NCBI GenBank assembly: GCA_963977015.1
Contig: CAXBMO010000008.1
Coordinates: 64,001 to 128,000 of the forward strand
DNA length: 64,000 bases
Source: an uncultured bacterium
GTDB lineage: Bacteria > Verrucomicrobiota > Verrucomicrobiia > Verrucomicrobiales > DEV007
Reading direction: 5' to 3'
Shown one piece after another: positions 8,769-19,300 of this stretch (the first letter of the stretch is position 1; each line of letters starts with the position of its first letter). The notes below the pieces were generated by a model, which saw only the letters and a list, made by a program, of their open reading frames with translations, did no database searches and had not been told where the DNA came from. The position numbers and the translations under genes were made by a program.

Positions 8769-11700
8769 ATGCAAAAACCACTTAAACCGGACAATGAACC
8801 ACTTCGGTTGGAAGCGTTACGGGAGTATAATTTGCTCGATACGCTACCTGAGCAGGCCTTGGATGACATCACTGCGCTGGCAGGCCATATCTGTGAAGCG
8901 CCGATTTCTCTCATTTCCCTGGTCGATGAAGACCGGCAATGGTTTAAGTCAAAGGTAGGGCTGGCAGCCTGCGAGACAGGCCGGGACATTTCCTTCTGTG
9001 GTCACTCCATTCTTCAAACGGAGTTGTTTGTCGTTCCGGACGCAAAGAAGGACGACCGATTCGCGGATAATCCCCTGGTGACGGGACAGCCCAAGATTCG
9101 CTTTTATGCAGGGGCGCCCCTGGTAACAGAGGATGGCCTTTCGCTTGGAACGTTATGTGTGATCGATCAGGTCCCACGGGAGTTGACTTTTTCTCAACGG
9201 GAAGCGCTCCGCATTTTGAGTCGACAGGTGATGGCCCTGTTTGAATTGCGGCGAAAATCAAAGGAGCTGGAGAACCGGGAGCAACTGTTGCGGACGATTT
9301 TCGACTCGGAACCCGAGTGTGTGAAATTGTTGGGGCCGGATGGGCGTGTGCAGATGATGAATCCCGCTGGGTTGGATATGGTGGAGGCGGAATCCTATGA
9401 TCAAGTTTCAGGGCAGTGTGTCTTTCCCCTGGTTGCAGAGAAACACCGCGCTGAGTTTGTCGCGTTGACCGAGCGGGTCTTTCAAGGGGGGACGGGGATG
9501 ATGCAATTCCAAATGACCGGGTTGAAGGGCACCCGGCGCTGGATGGAGACCCACGCGGCTCCCTTGCGGGATGAGCAAGGGAATGTCACGAGTCTACTGG
9601 CGATCACGCGTGACATCTCGGGGCGAAAGTTCTCTGAGGCGGAGTTGAAGGAGGGGAAGGCTCGTCTGCAGCTGGCACTGGATGCGGCGAAGATGGGAAA
9701 CTTTGACTGGGATTTGATCACGAACCAGCTTCGGACTTCACCTTGGTATGACGAATTGCACGGATTCAAGCCCGGTGAGTTTGATGGCTCGCTTGCGGGG
9801 GTTTTGCGCACGGTTCATCCCGACGACTTGCCTGGCATCGAGAAAGAACTGAATCGCTGTGCTGTGGCGCGAGAGCCGTTTACCTACGAATTTCGCACGG
9901 TTTGGCCTGATGGAAGCGTTCACTGGCTCGCATCCCGGGGAGAATTCACCTTCAACGAGAATAGCCAGCCGGTGCGGATGTATGGAGTGGTGCGGGATGT
10001 GACTCCGCGCCGTGAGGTTGAACGGAGTCTGCGTCACCAGCAGGCGATTTTGGAGGAAACCGGACGGATCGCCCAAGTCGGGGGGTGGGAGTTTGATCCT
10101 GCGACAGGGAAGGGAACATGGACGGATGAGGTCGCTCGAATCCACGATTTGGATCCCGTGCGGGAAGTGAACATGGAACTGGGTCTGAGTTTCTATGTGG
10201 GGGAGAGTCGCAAACGCATCGAAAAGGCGTTGGCAGAGGCTGTGGATACGGGAACGCCGTATGATCTGGAATTGGAATTGGAAACGGAGAAGGGAAACCA
10301 CAAATGGGTCCGAACGATTGGACGTCCCATTGTGGAACGAGGCAGAGTCTCCAAGGTTCGGGGTTCTTTTCAGGACATTACCGAGCGAAAGAAATCAGAA
10401 AGGGCGCTGAAAAGAGCGCACGTCGATTTGGAGCGCGCGCAGTCGATCGGCCATATGGGGAGCTGGGAGTATCGGGTAGCTGATGGTAATGTGAAGTGGT
10501 CTGACGAGCTCTATCGCATCTTCGGGCTGGAACCACGTTCCGTCGAGATCACTTACGACGGCATTCTAGAGATGGTGCATCCGGAAGACCGCGATCGCCA
10601 CAATGCTTACATGGATCGATTGATGGCCTCGAAACCCGGCGAGAGGATTGAAGGTCTTGAGTTTCGGATTCCGCAGCAGGATGGACGGATGGTCCACGTG
10701 CAGGTGGAGGTGGAAGTTCGTTTTGATCGGTCAGCATGTCCGGTTCAAATGGTGGGAACGGTGCATGACGTCACCGAGCGCAAACTGGCGGAAGTGGAGT
10801 TGAGGAGGCAGGCACAATTGTTGCGGTTGTTCGTTGAGTATTCGCCGGCTGCGATTGCGATGCTGGATAACGACATGCGCTACCTGGTGGTGAGCAACCG
10901 TTTCTGCATCGACTATGGCCTGGAGGTTCAAGACCTGACGGGGAAGAGCCACTACGAGGTCTTTCCCGAAATCACAGAGGACTGGAAAGACATCCATCGC
11001 CGGTGTTTGGCTGGTGCGGTTGAGCGATGCGATGAGGATCCATTTCCTCGGGAAGACGGGAGCGTTGATTGGGTGCGTTGGGAAGTGCGCCCCTGGGAGG
11101 AATCTTCTGGAAAGATTGGCGGGATCCTCATTTTCTCAGAAGTCATTACCAGTCGCAAAGAGGCTGAGAAGCGGATTCAGAAGAGTGAAAAGCGCTTGCG
11201 CGACCTCATCAACGGATTGGGGCCGTCGATGTTCATGGCGTTGCTGAAGCCGGATGGCAAGTTTCTGGAAGTGAGCCGATCCTGGTTGGAGGCGACAAAT
11301 CTCAAGTCCGAAGACCTTCGGGGCAAACCGATGGATCAAACCAGCCCATGGGTTCATTCTCCGGAAGCTCAGCAGAAGGCACGAGAAGCGATGGATCTGG
11401 CCGCCTCCGGAAAGAGCTCTCGATTTGATGTTCCGCTACAGATGGAGGATCGCTTGATTTATCTGGATTTCTCCATTGAGCCCGTTTTTGGGGAGAATGG
11501 GGAAGTCGTGTTTTTGGTTCCATCGGCCAATGACATTACCGAACGGAAGCTGGCAGAGAACGCCTTGAGGGACAGCGAAGAGCATTTGTCGTCGCTCATG
11601 AATTCGATTGACGGCATTGTTTGGGAGGCGGACGCAGAAACGTTTCGATTTACCTTCGTCAGTCCACGAGCCGAGCGCCTGTTGGGTTACCCGGCATCGC

Positions 11701-14417
11701 GGTGGACTGAGGAGCCGACCTTCTGGGCTGATCAAATTCACCCTGATGATCGGCACGAGACGGTAGACTACTGTGTGACCTGCACGCAGGCGAAACTGGA
11801 TCACGAGTTTGAGTATCGAATGATCGCAAAAGACGGGCGGGTGGTCTGGTTGAGAGATATCGTCACCGTCGTGGTGGAGGATGACCGGCCAGCTAGGCTG
11901 CGCGGGGTGATGGTGGATGTTACGAATCGAAAGCAGGACGAGGAAAGCATTAAGAAGCTGAACCGTACCTTTGCGGTGTTGAGCGCGATCAACCAGTTGA
12001 TCGTCAGGGAAAAAGAATCGGACAACGTATTGTCAGCAGCCTGCCGGATTGCTGTTGAAATAGGGCGTTTCCGAATGGCGTGGATCGGGATGGCAAAAGG
12101 GAAAAACGTCGAAATCGCAGCCCACGCAGGTGCGTCGGCGGATACTCTGGAAGTGCTTCACACGATTGTCGGAGGGGTGAACCGGGGAGAGGGGTGTAAG
12201 TTCACCTCCACGGCTCTGGAAACCGGTCAACCTGGAATCTGCAATGATATCGAGCACGATCCTGAGGCAGCTGGCTGGAGTGAAGCCGCATTGCAACGCG
12301 GCTATCGGGCGATGGCGGCGTTGCCTTTGATTTTCGGAGGAAAGGTGGTCGGGATCTTTAACCTCTACGCTGAGGAAGCCGGCTTTTTTGACGGGGAAGA
12401 GTTGCTCTTGCTTGATGAACTTGCTGCAGACATCTCCTTTGCGCTGGAAGTTCTTCAGCGGGAATCCGAGCGTCGCCATGCTCTCCAGGCCTTGAAGAAG
12501 AGTGAGTCCCAGTTGTCCGGAGCCCTGAAAATTGCTCGCATGAGCTATTGGGAATACGATGTCACGTCCGACAGCATCCTGGCCAACGACCATTTCTATT
12601 CCCTCTTTCATACCTCAGCCGAACGCGAAGGGGGATATTCCATGTCCTTCAACCAGTTCATCGAACGGTTCTGCCATCCGGAAGATCGTCATCTCTTTGA
12701 GCTGGAGAAACGCAAACTCCTCGAAACGACGGAACCTCACTATCGAACCGTGTTCGAACACCGGGCTCTTCATCGCGACGGAGAGATCGCCCATGTTTCG
12801 GTTTGGATCTTCGTGATGAAAGACCGGAGTGGTCGAACCGTCAGAACCTATGGCGTCAATCAGGATATCTCCGATCGCAAGCGGGCGGAAGAGGCCATCC
12901 ATCGTGGCGAACGCCGGTTTAGAGCGCTGATCGAGCACAGCGCAGACAGCATTTCGCTCATCGATCACAACAACAGGATTCTGTATGTCAGCCCGACGGT
13001 GTCAGCGGTCGAGGGCTATTCTCCAGAAGAGTTGATTGGCCGCAGTGGTTTGGAGCACACCCATCCCGACGACCTTCCGTTGGTTCAGGAGGTTGTTCAA
13101 GAGTTGCTGGAAAACCCGGGAAAACCCATCCCGGTGGAGTGGCGACGCAGCCACAAGGATGGCCATTGGCTGTGGCTGGAAGGGGTCGCGACGAATCTCC
13201 TCGACGATCCTGCGGTCGGCGCCATCGTCACCAATTACCGGGATGTAACGGCCCAGAAACAGTTGGAGGAAGAGCTGCGCCAATCGCAAAAGATGGAGGC
13301 CATCGGGCAACTGGCCGGCGGTGTCGCGCACGACTTTAACAACATCCTGACCGTCATCAACGGATGGGGATCGATCCTGATCATGGATGATGGAGGAGGT
13401 GGCTTCAATACGACGGAAGCCGCGGAGCAAATCGTGGATGCTGCGGAGCGGGCGGCAAACCTCACGCGCCAATTGCTCGCCTTCAGCCGCCGACAGGTGA
13501 TGCAGACGCGGGTTCTGGACCTGAACGAGATTGTCACGAATCTGACGAAGATGTTGCAGCGCATCGTGGGCGAAGACGTTCACCTGCAACTCAATCTCCA
13601 TTCCGCTCCCCTCGCGACGAGTGCCGATGCCGGGATGCTGGATCAAGTGCTTCTCAACCTGGTGGTCAATGCGCGCGATGCCATGCCAGACGGGGGACAG
13701 TTGATTTTGGAAACCGGAATCAGGATCATCACGGAGGAAGAAGCCGCCTCCCTTTCAGATGGCTCAGCCGGACGTTACGTCTTCCTGAGCGTGAAGGATT
13801 CGGGGACCGGCATCTCGCCGGAAAACCTGCAGCGCATCTTTGATCCGTTTTTCACGACCAAGGAACAGGGCAAGGGGACTGGGCTAGGCCTGGCGACGGT
13901 ATTTGGGATCGTCAAGCAGCATGAGGGCGTTCTGTCGGTGGAAAGTGAAGTTGGCAAGGGGACGACCTTCCGGGCGTTGTTTCCGGAAAGCTCCGACAAG
14001 GGAGAGCTGTCCAGTAGCGGCGCCGAGAAACCGCTGCCGCGGGGCGGCACGGAGACGATTTTGCTGGTTGAAGATGATACGCCGGTCCGCATTCTTTCCC
14101 GCAGCGTCTTGGAACGGGCGGGTTACAACATTTTGGAAGCGGCCGACGGTCTTGAAGCCCTCAGCGTTTGGGAAGAGCACCATGAAGATATCCAGTTGGT
14201 GTTTACGGACATCGTGATGCCGGAGGGCGTGAACGGAAGGGAATTGGCCTCCCGGTTACGCCAACGCAACCCCAATATCCCGGTCATTTTCACCAGTGGC
14301 TACAGTCCGGATATTGCCGGAAAGGAACTCACCCTGGAGGCCGGACAAAACTTCATCCAGAAGCCGGCTCCGCCAAATGACCTGTTGGAAACCATCCGGC
14401 GTTGTCTCGACGATTGA
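8769..14417 (+). CDS. cytoplasmic hybrid sensor histidine kinase (GAF-7xPAS-GAF-2xPAS-HisKA-HATPase-REC)
   Basis: Probable start ATG 8769 (MQKPLKPDNEPLRLEAL, typical GAF start); repeated DITERK-like PAC ends; H-box AGGVAHDFNNIL; FDPFFTTK, GTGLGL; C-terminal receiver LLVEDD...TDIVMP. Confidence 0.93.
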   Translation: MQKPLKPDNEPLRLEALREYNLLDTLPEQALDDITALAGHICEAPISLISLVDEDRQWFKSKVGLAACETGRDISFCGHSILQTELFVVPDAKKDDRFADNPLVTGQPKIRFYAGAPLVTEDGLSLGTLCVIDQVPRELTFSQREALRILSRQVMALFELRRKSKELENREQLLRTIFDSEPECVKLLGPDGRVQMMNPAGLDMVEAESYDQVSGQCVFPLVAEKHRAEFVALTERVFQGGTGMMQFQMTGLKGTRRWMETHAAPLRDEQGNVTSLLAITRDISGRKFSEAELKEGKARLQLALDAAKMGNFDWDLITNQLRTSPWYDELHGFKPGEFDGSLAGVLRTVHPDDLPGIEKELNRCAVAREPFTYEFRTVWPDGSVHWLASRGEFTFNENSQPVRMYGVVRDVTPRREVERSLRHQQAILEETGRIAQVGGWEFDPATGKGTWTDEVARIHDLDPVREVNMELGLSFYVGESRKRIEKALAEAVDTGTPYDLELELETEKGNHKWVRTIGRPIVERGRVSKVRGSFQDITERKKSERALKRAHVDLERAQSIGHMGSWEYRVADGNVKWSDELYRIFGLEPRSVEITYDGILEMVHPEDRDRHNAYMDRLMASKPGERIEGLEFRIPQQDGRMVHVQVEVEVRFDRSACPVQMVGTVHDVTERKLAEVELRRQAQLLRLFVEYSPAAIAMLDNDMRYLVVSNRFCIDYGLEVQDLTGKSHYEVFPEITEDWKDIHRRCLAGAVERCDEDPFPREDGSVDWVRWEVRPWEESSGKIGGILIFSEVITSRKEAEKRIQKSEKRLRDLINGLGPSMFMALLKPDGKFLEVSRSWLEATNLKSEDLRGKPMDQTSPWVHSPEAQQKAREAMDLAASGKSSRFDVPLQMEDRLIYLDFSIEPVFGENGEVVFLVPSANDITERKLAENALRDSEEHLSSLMNSIDGIVWEADAETFRFTFVSPRAERLLGYPASRWTEEPTFWADQIHPDDRHETVDYCVTCTQAKLDHEFEYRMIAKDGRVVWLRDIVTVVVEDDRPARLRGVMVDVTNRKQDEESIKKLNRTFAVLSAINQLIVREKESDNVLSAACRIAVEIGRFRMAWIGMAKGKNVEIAAHAGASADTLEVLHTIVGGVNRGEGCKFTSTALETGQPGICNDIEHDPEAAGWSEAALQRGYRAMAALPLIFGGKVVGIFNLYAEEAGFFDGEELLLLDELAADISFALEVLQRESERRHALQALKKSESQLSGALKIARMSYWEYDVTSDSILANDHFYSLFHTSAEREGGYSMSFNQFIERFCHPEDRHLFELEKRKLLETTEPHYRTVFEHRALHRDGEIAHVSVWIFVMKDRSGRTVRTYGVNQDISDRKRAEEAIHRGERRFRALIEHSADSISLIDHNNRILYVSPTVSAVEGYSPEELIGRSGLEHTHPDDLPLVQEVVQELLENPGKPIPVEWRRSHKDGHWLWLEGVATNLLDDPAVGAIVTNYRDVTAQKQLEEELRQSQKMEAIGQLAGGVAHDFNNILTVINGWGSILIMDDGGGGFNTTEAAEQIVDAAERAANLTRQLLAFSRRQVMQTRVLDLNEIVTNLTKMLQRIVGEDVHLQLNLHSAPLATSADAGMLDQVLLNLVVNARDAMPDGGQLILETGIRIITEEEAASLSDGSAGRYVFLSVKDSGTGISPENLQRIFDPFFTTKEQGKGTGLGLATVFGIVKQHEGVLSVESEVGKGTTFRALFPESSDKGELSSSGAEKPLPRGGTETILLVEDDTPVRILSRSVLERAGYNILEAADGLEALSVWEEHHEDIQLVFTDIVMPEGVNGRELASRLRQRNPNIPVIFTSGYSPDIAGKELTLEAGQNFIQKPAPPNDLLETIRRCLDD

Positions 14418-14579
14418 GCCACGTTCCGTGAAAGGGGAACGCGCCTTCCGAATTGGGGAGGCGTGGATCACGCGGCACAAAATTTCGAGACTTTGCACTC
14501 AACCGGGGAGATGTTTCGTCTCCGTAGTCGTGAACCACCCACTTTGTCCCAATCCGGCTGAAACCGCTGACCTGTAAAA

Positions 14580-15080
14580 ATGGCGTTTCGTTTGCCATTC
14601 CGAAATTCGGAACACCTTGAGACCCGGGAATTGCTTCAGGTCGGCTATCGCTACGCCTTTTCGCTGACGAATCATCAGGCGGACGCGGAGGACCTCGTGC
14701 AGCAGGCCGCGCTCAAGTTGCAACGAGCCTATGGCGGGATCAAGGGCAAGAGCCTCCTCTTCAAAACGATTCGCAATCTGTTTTACGACCAGTTGCGCCG
14801 ATCGCGCATTGTTCGGTTTGAGTCGATCGACGAGGTGCCCGAACCATCCTTCATCTCCGAAAGTGGAACTCAGGTCGATTTGGACGCGTTGCTCGGACGC
14901 TTGAATGACACGGAGCGGGAAATCATTTATCTTCACTATGTCGAGGGCCATACCGCGGCGGAAATCGGGGAGTTGCTCGAACGCAGCCGCAACACGGTTC
15001 TCAGCCAAATTCGACGAACCCGGGAAAAACTTCAGAAGTTCGTCGAGCCCGATTCCAACGACCAAACATCTGCCTTATGA
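14580..15080 (+). CDS. ECF RNA polymerase sigma-70 factor
   Basis: DAEDLVQ region 2; region 4 EREIIYLHYVEGHTAAEIGELL..NTVLSQIRR. Confidence 0.88.
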   Translation: MAFRLPFRNSEHLETRELLQVGYRYAFSLTNHQADAEDLVQQAALKLQRAYGGIKGKSLLFKTIRNLFYDQLRRSRIVRFESIDEVPEPSFISESGTQVDLDALLGRLNDTEREIIYLHYVEGHTAAEIGELLERSRNTVLSQIRRTREKLQKFVEPDSNDQTSAL

Positions 15081-15661
15081 ACGCCCCTCTCGAAGACCAG
15101 ATTCGCGAATACTATCAATCTCAAAGCCTGAGCGAAGATTCCCTGAAGCGCATTGAGACGGCTCTGGAAGAGGTGCGCCCGGAAACCCGGCGGAGGACCT
15201 CCCGTTTCCAGCGTCCAGCGATGATTGCCGCCGCGGCGGTGTTGGTTTTGGGAGTGTTTGTCGGTGGAGCTCAAATCCGGAAGGAGATGGATACCCGCCG
15301 GGTGGTTGTCGAAATCGCGCAAAGTCATCGCAAAGCCCTGAAACCCGAGTTCCAGATTTCCGCGATTCCCGAACTTCAGGCAGTGATGGATCGCCTTGAT
15401 TTCTCGCTGCTGCCGGTCGCGGATACGCTGTCGGAACGGTTTGAGATTTCAGGCGCCCGCTACTGTTCGGTCGGGGGGCAGCTCGCGGCGCAGCTTCGCG
15501 TTCGGGAACGGAAAAATCAAACCCCGGCAACGCTCTACGTCGCCTCGCTTACGCCAAAGCTGAATCGCACGCGCCCTTGCGCGACCTGTCTCGGCGACGT
15601 CACGGTTGAACTTTGGGATGACGGCGCCCGCTACTACGGGCTGGCCTGGAATTCGAAGTAG
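15077..15661 (+). CDS. putative membrane-anchored anti-sigma factor
   Basis: ATGA overlap with the sigma gene; short cytoplasmic N-terminus, one TM helix, periplasmic domain with RYCS and CATC. Confidence 0.7.
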   Translation: MNAPLEDQIREYYQSQSLSEDSLKRIETALEEVRPETRRRTSRFQRPAMIAAAAVLVLGVFVGGAQIRKEMDTRRVVVEIAQSHRKALKPEFQISAIPELQAVMDRLDFSLLPVADTLSERFEISGARYCSVGGQLAAQLRVRERKNQTPATLYVASLTPKLNRTRPCATCLGDVTVELWDDGARYYGLAWNSK

Positions 15662-15767
15662 GTCGATGAGAGCCCTCATCATTGGCGATGGGTTTCACCA
15701 CCACTGCTCTCTGCCGGCTGGCTTCAGCTCGATCGAATTGGTGTACTATTTTAGCCAACCATAGAAA

Positions 15768-15795
15768 TGGCCGGGGGCTCATCACCTCCCGGCCA
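15768..15795 (-). terminator. probable intrinsic terminator of the efflux operon
   Basis: Stem TGGCCGGG/CCCGGCCA followed by TTTCTAT on the minus strand, just after the stop at 15824, between convergent genes. Confidence 0.55.
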
Positions 15796-15823
15796 GTTCC
15801 AAGCGATCGATGTTGAACGTCAG

Positions 15824-16351
15824 TTAGTTCTTCTTCTCATCGTGATCATGACCATCGCCTTCGTGATGGTGATCGCAGGTGCAGGCATATTCCTTGTAGT
15901 CGCAGGTGGGGCAGTCGCTGAGGTTCAGGTTGAATTTCTCCAGAACCGGTTTGCCTTTGCCCGACTTGATTTGGACGACGACGGGAAAGTCGTTTCCAGC
16001 GGGAAACGCCCCATCGGAAACCAGGATCGTCCCTTCTTTGGCGAAGGATAAACGCGTCGGGTTTTTGCGGTCTCCTCCCGTTACGCGAACGGATTGATCG
16101 CCAATCGCAGCGGGTTTGTTGTGATCGTCGAGCGCCGTGATTTTGACTTTGCGATCTTCGGTGACGAAAAACTCCAAGTGAGGTTCGACGCTGGTGAAAA
16201 CACGACCGCCGTTGGGGCCGGCAATTTTCTCGTCATGTTCGTGATCGTGATCGTGGTCATGCCCTTTGTGGTCGTCGTCAGCAGCAAATGCGCTGACACT
16301 GTAGACGGTGGCAAGGCCAATGGCGGTGAGGGTATTGAGGATGGTTTTCAT
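15824..16351 (-). CDS. His/Cys-rich periplasmic putative metal-binding protein
   Basis: Signal peptide; HKGHDHDHDHEH tract; GPNGGR; C-terminal CPTCDYKEYACTCDHHH; last gene of the RND operon. Confidence 0.8.
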   Translation of the reverse strand: MKTILNTLTAIGLATVYSVSAFAADDDHKGHDHDHDHEHDEKIAGPNGGRVFTSVEPHLEFFVTEDRKVKITALDDHNKPAAIGDQSVRVTGGDRKNPTRLSFAKEGTILVSDGAFPAGNDFPVVVQIKSGKGKPVLEKFNLNLSDCPTCDYKEYACTCDHHHEGDGHDHDEKKN

Positions 16352-16389
16352 GAATTAATTTGGAGTTGGTTGGAGTTGAGTTTTGGGTT

Positions 16390-19300
16390 TTAGCCGCAAG
16401 CTGCCGCTCGAACTCGGATCGACTTTTCTGCGGGCTTGCGACAAAAGGTGTAGAAGATGGCGGGCGTGACTCCGAGCCCAAGAAACGTGGAGCTGACGAG
16501 TCCGCCGACAATGACGATGGCCACGGGATTGAGGATTTCCTTGCCTGGCTCATTGGCCGCAAGCACAAGGGGCAGAAGTGCAATTCCCGCAGAAATTGCG
16601 GTCATCAGGACGGGCACGAGCCGTTCCTCGGTTCCGCGAATCACCATCTTGAGGTCGAATTGTTCGCCCTCGTGCGCCATGAGATGGAGATAGTGCGAAA
16701 TCATCATGATCGAGTTTCGCGCGGCGATGCCTGAAATGGCGATAAAGCCGACCAGCGTTGCGATGCTGATATTATCCAGCGTCATGCGGGTAAAGAGAAT
16801 GCCGCCGATGACGGAGATGGGAATATTGCTCAACACCAGCAGCACGAAGCTGAAGCACTGGAAATAGCTGAATAAGAGAAACACAATGACGAGCAGAATA
16901 ATCGCCGACATGATGAAGATGGTGCGTCGTGCTTCCTGTTGCGCCTGATATTCCCCTTCAAAGGCGATCGCATAGCCTTCCGGCAATTGGACCTTCTCCG
17001 CGACCTGGCTTTGAAGTTCTTCGACCACCGCGTTCAAATCAGTGGTCGTCGGGTTGATGGACACCACAAAGCGGCGTTGTGTATTTTCCCGGAGAATGGT
17101 GTTGGGACCGCTCGCCTGACGGATTTCAGCAACGTAGCTCAACGGGATTCGTTGGCCGTCCTGCGTATCAATATAGAAGTTACGCAGCTTTTCGGGATTT
17201 TCCCGCCACTCAGCCGGAAGCCGCACGACGAGATCGTAAACGCGTTGGCTTTCATAGATCTCGGCGACATAGCCTCCTCCGATAAGATCGGCCAACTCCT
17301 CGTTCAATTCTCCAGGCGTCACGCCATAAGCGGCCGCCCGGTCGCGGTCGATCTCGATTCGAAGTTGTGGGACGGAAGCCTGTTGCTCCGTGCGGGCCTC
17401 TTCCATGCCGGGGATCTCCCGAGCAATGCCGGCAACCTGGGTGCCGAGACGCCGCAACTCCTCCAAATCCGGCCCGTAAATCTTGACCGCGACCTTGGCC
17501 GAAACGCCACTGAGCATGTGGCCGATGCGGTCGGCCAGAGGCGTGCTCATCGCGCTGAAGGTGCCAGGAATTCCGCGCATGGTTTCGCGAACGTTCTTCA
17601 TCACTTCTTCGCGGTGTTCCTCACCGTATTCGTCAAACTCAAGATCCAACTCCACCGTGGAAACCGGCACGACGTGGTCGCCCCGCTCGGCCCGGCCTAC
17701 GCGGTAGCCGACGACGTCAATCCCTTTCACTCCCAAGAGGCGGTCCTGCGCGGTTCGGGAGATTTCGACCGTCGTTTTGAGCGAAGTTCCCGGCGCCATC
17801 GTCGTCGCGATCAGCATGGTGGGTTCGCGAAAGGGTGGGAGGAAGTTGCCGCCCATCTTGGTGTAGATCAGCCCGGAAAACACCAGCAGCCCTACCGTAA
17901 TTGCCAGGAGCAGAAGTGGTTGGCCGAGGGCAAACTTCAGCCACGTGGCGCTGAAGACCTTCTTCAGTTGTTTGACGATCCAAACGTCACCGTGCTCCTT
18001 GCCCGCCTTTGGGTTGAGCAGATAGGAACTCAGCACCGGAATCACGGTGAGCGAGACCACGAACGAGGCGGCCATGCTGATCATGGTGGCAACCGCAATG
18101 GGAGTGAAAAGCCGGCCCTCCACCCCGCTCAGCGCGATAAGTGGAAGGAAAACCAGAATGATGAGAATCGTGGCGTAGAGGATCGAGGAACGCACCTCGG
18201 CCGAGGCAAGCGCGATGACCTCCAGCTTGGGCTTTGGTTCGTCCAGCGCGGCGTTTTCCCGCAAGCGGCGGTAGACGTTTTCCACGTCCACAATCGCGTC
18301 ATCGACGACCATGCCGATGGCCACGGCCAAGCCACCCAGCGTCATCGAATTGACCGTCATGTTCATGAAATCGAATACCAGGATGGTAATGCCGAGCGAG
18401 AGCGGAATCGCCGTCAGCGTGATGAGGGTGACCCTGACATTGAACAAAAAGAGAAACAGAACGATGGATACCATGATCGCCCCGTCGCGCAGCGCCTCTT
18501 CCAGATTCCCGATCGAAAGCTCGATGAAGTCGCGCTGCCGGTAGGTGGTGAGCAACTCGGAGCCCTCCGGAAGCGTCTCCTGCAACTCGTCGATCGCTTC
18601 CTCGACCAGTTTGCTCAACTCGATCGTGTCGAAGCCGGGAGACTTGCGCACGCTCATGATGATGCCGGAATTTCCGCGGTATCCGTCCGGGCCGGGTTCG
18701 TCGCCCTTGCGCCCAATGCCGGCATCGCCTCGCATCGGCTCGACATCCCAAACCACCTCGGCCACATCCGAGAGTCGAATTGCCCGGTCGTCTTCGTATT
18801 TCACCACCGTTTTGGCGATCTCATCCACGTCGGTTGTCATCGCCAGGTTGCGCACCATGATTTCCTGGTCGCGCTCCGTGAGGAAGCCACCAGTGGTGTT
18901 TTTGACGGAGCGCTCCGCCGCCGTGCGAATCTCCTCAAACGAAACGCCCAACGCGAGCATCTTGTTGGGGTTGGGCTGAACCTGGAGTTGCTTCACGCCG
19001 CCTCCCATCGAAAGCACTTCCGCGATGCCGGGAATCGACTGGAAACGTCGCGCAATGACCCAATCCGCCAACACGCGCAAGTCGCGGTCGCTCGTCATTC
19101 CGGTGGGATCACGGAGGCCGACGAGCATGATGTCACCCATCAACGACGTTACCGGCGTCATGTAAGGCGTAATGCCGGGCGGTAAAAAATCGTCCGCGCC
19201 GGACATGCGTTCCTGAACGAATTGGCGCGCGCGGTAGATGTCCGTCCCCCATTCAAACTCGACGAAAATGAGTGAGAGCGAGATGTCGTTCACGGTGCGC

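Noticed and set aside
14530-14577. 15-codon ORF just before the ECF sigma, as a leader peptide
   Set aside because: No RBS or telling composition; likely chance
16939-19185. 748 aa plus-strand ORF (similarly 47390-49504, 55950-58343, 24779-26239, 27596-29071, 53791-55179, 3934-5295)
   Set aside because: Antisense shadows of well-supported genes, expected from GC-rich codon bias; no recognisable motifs
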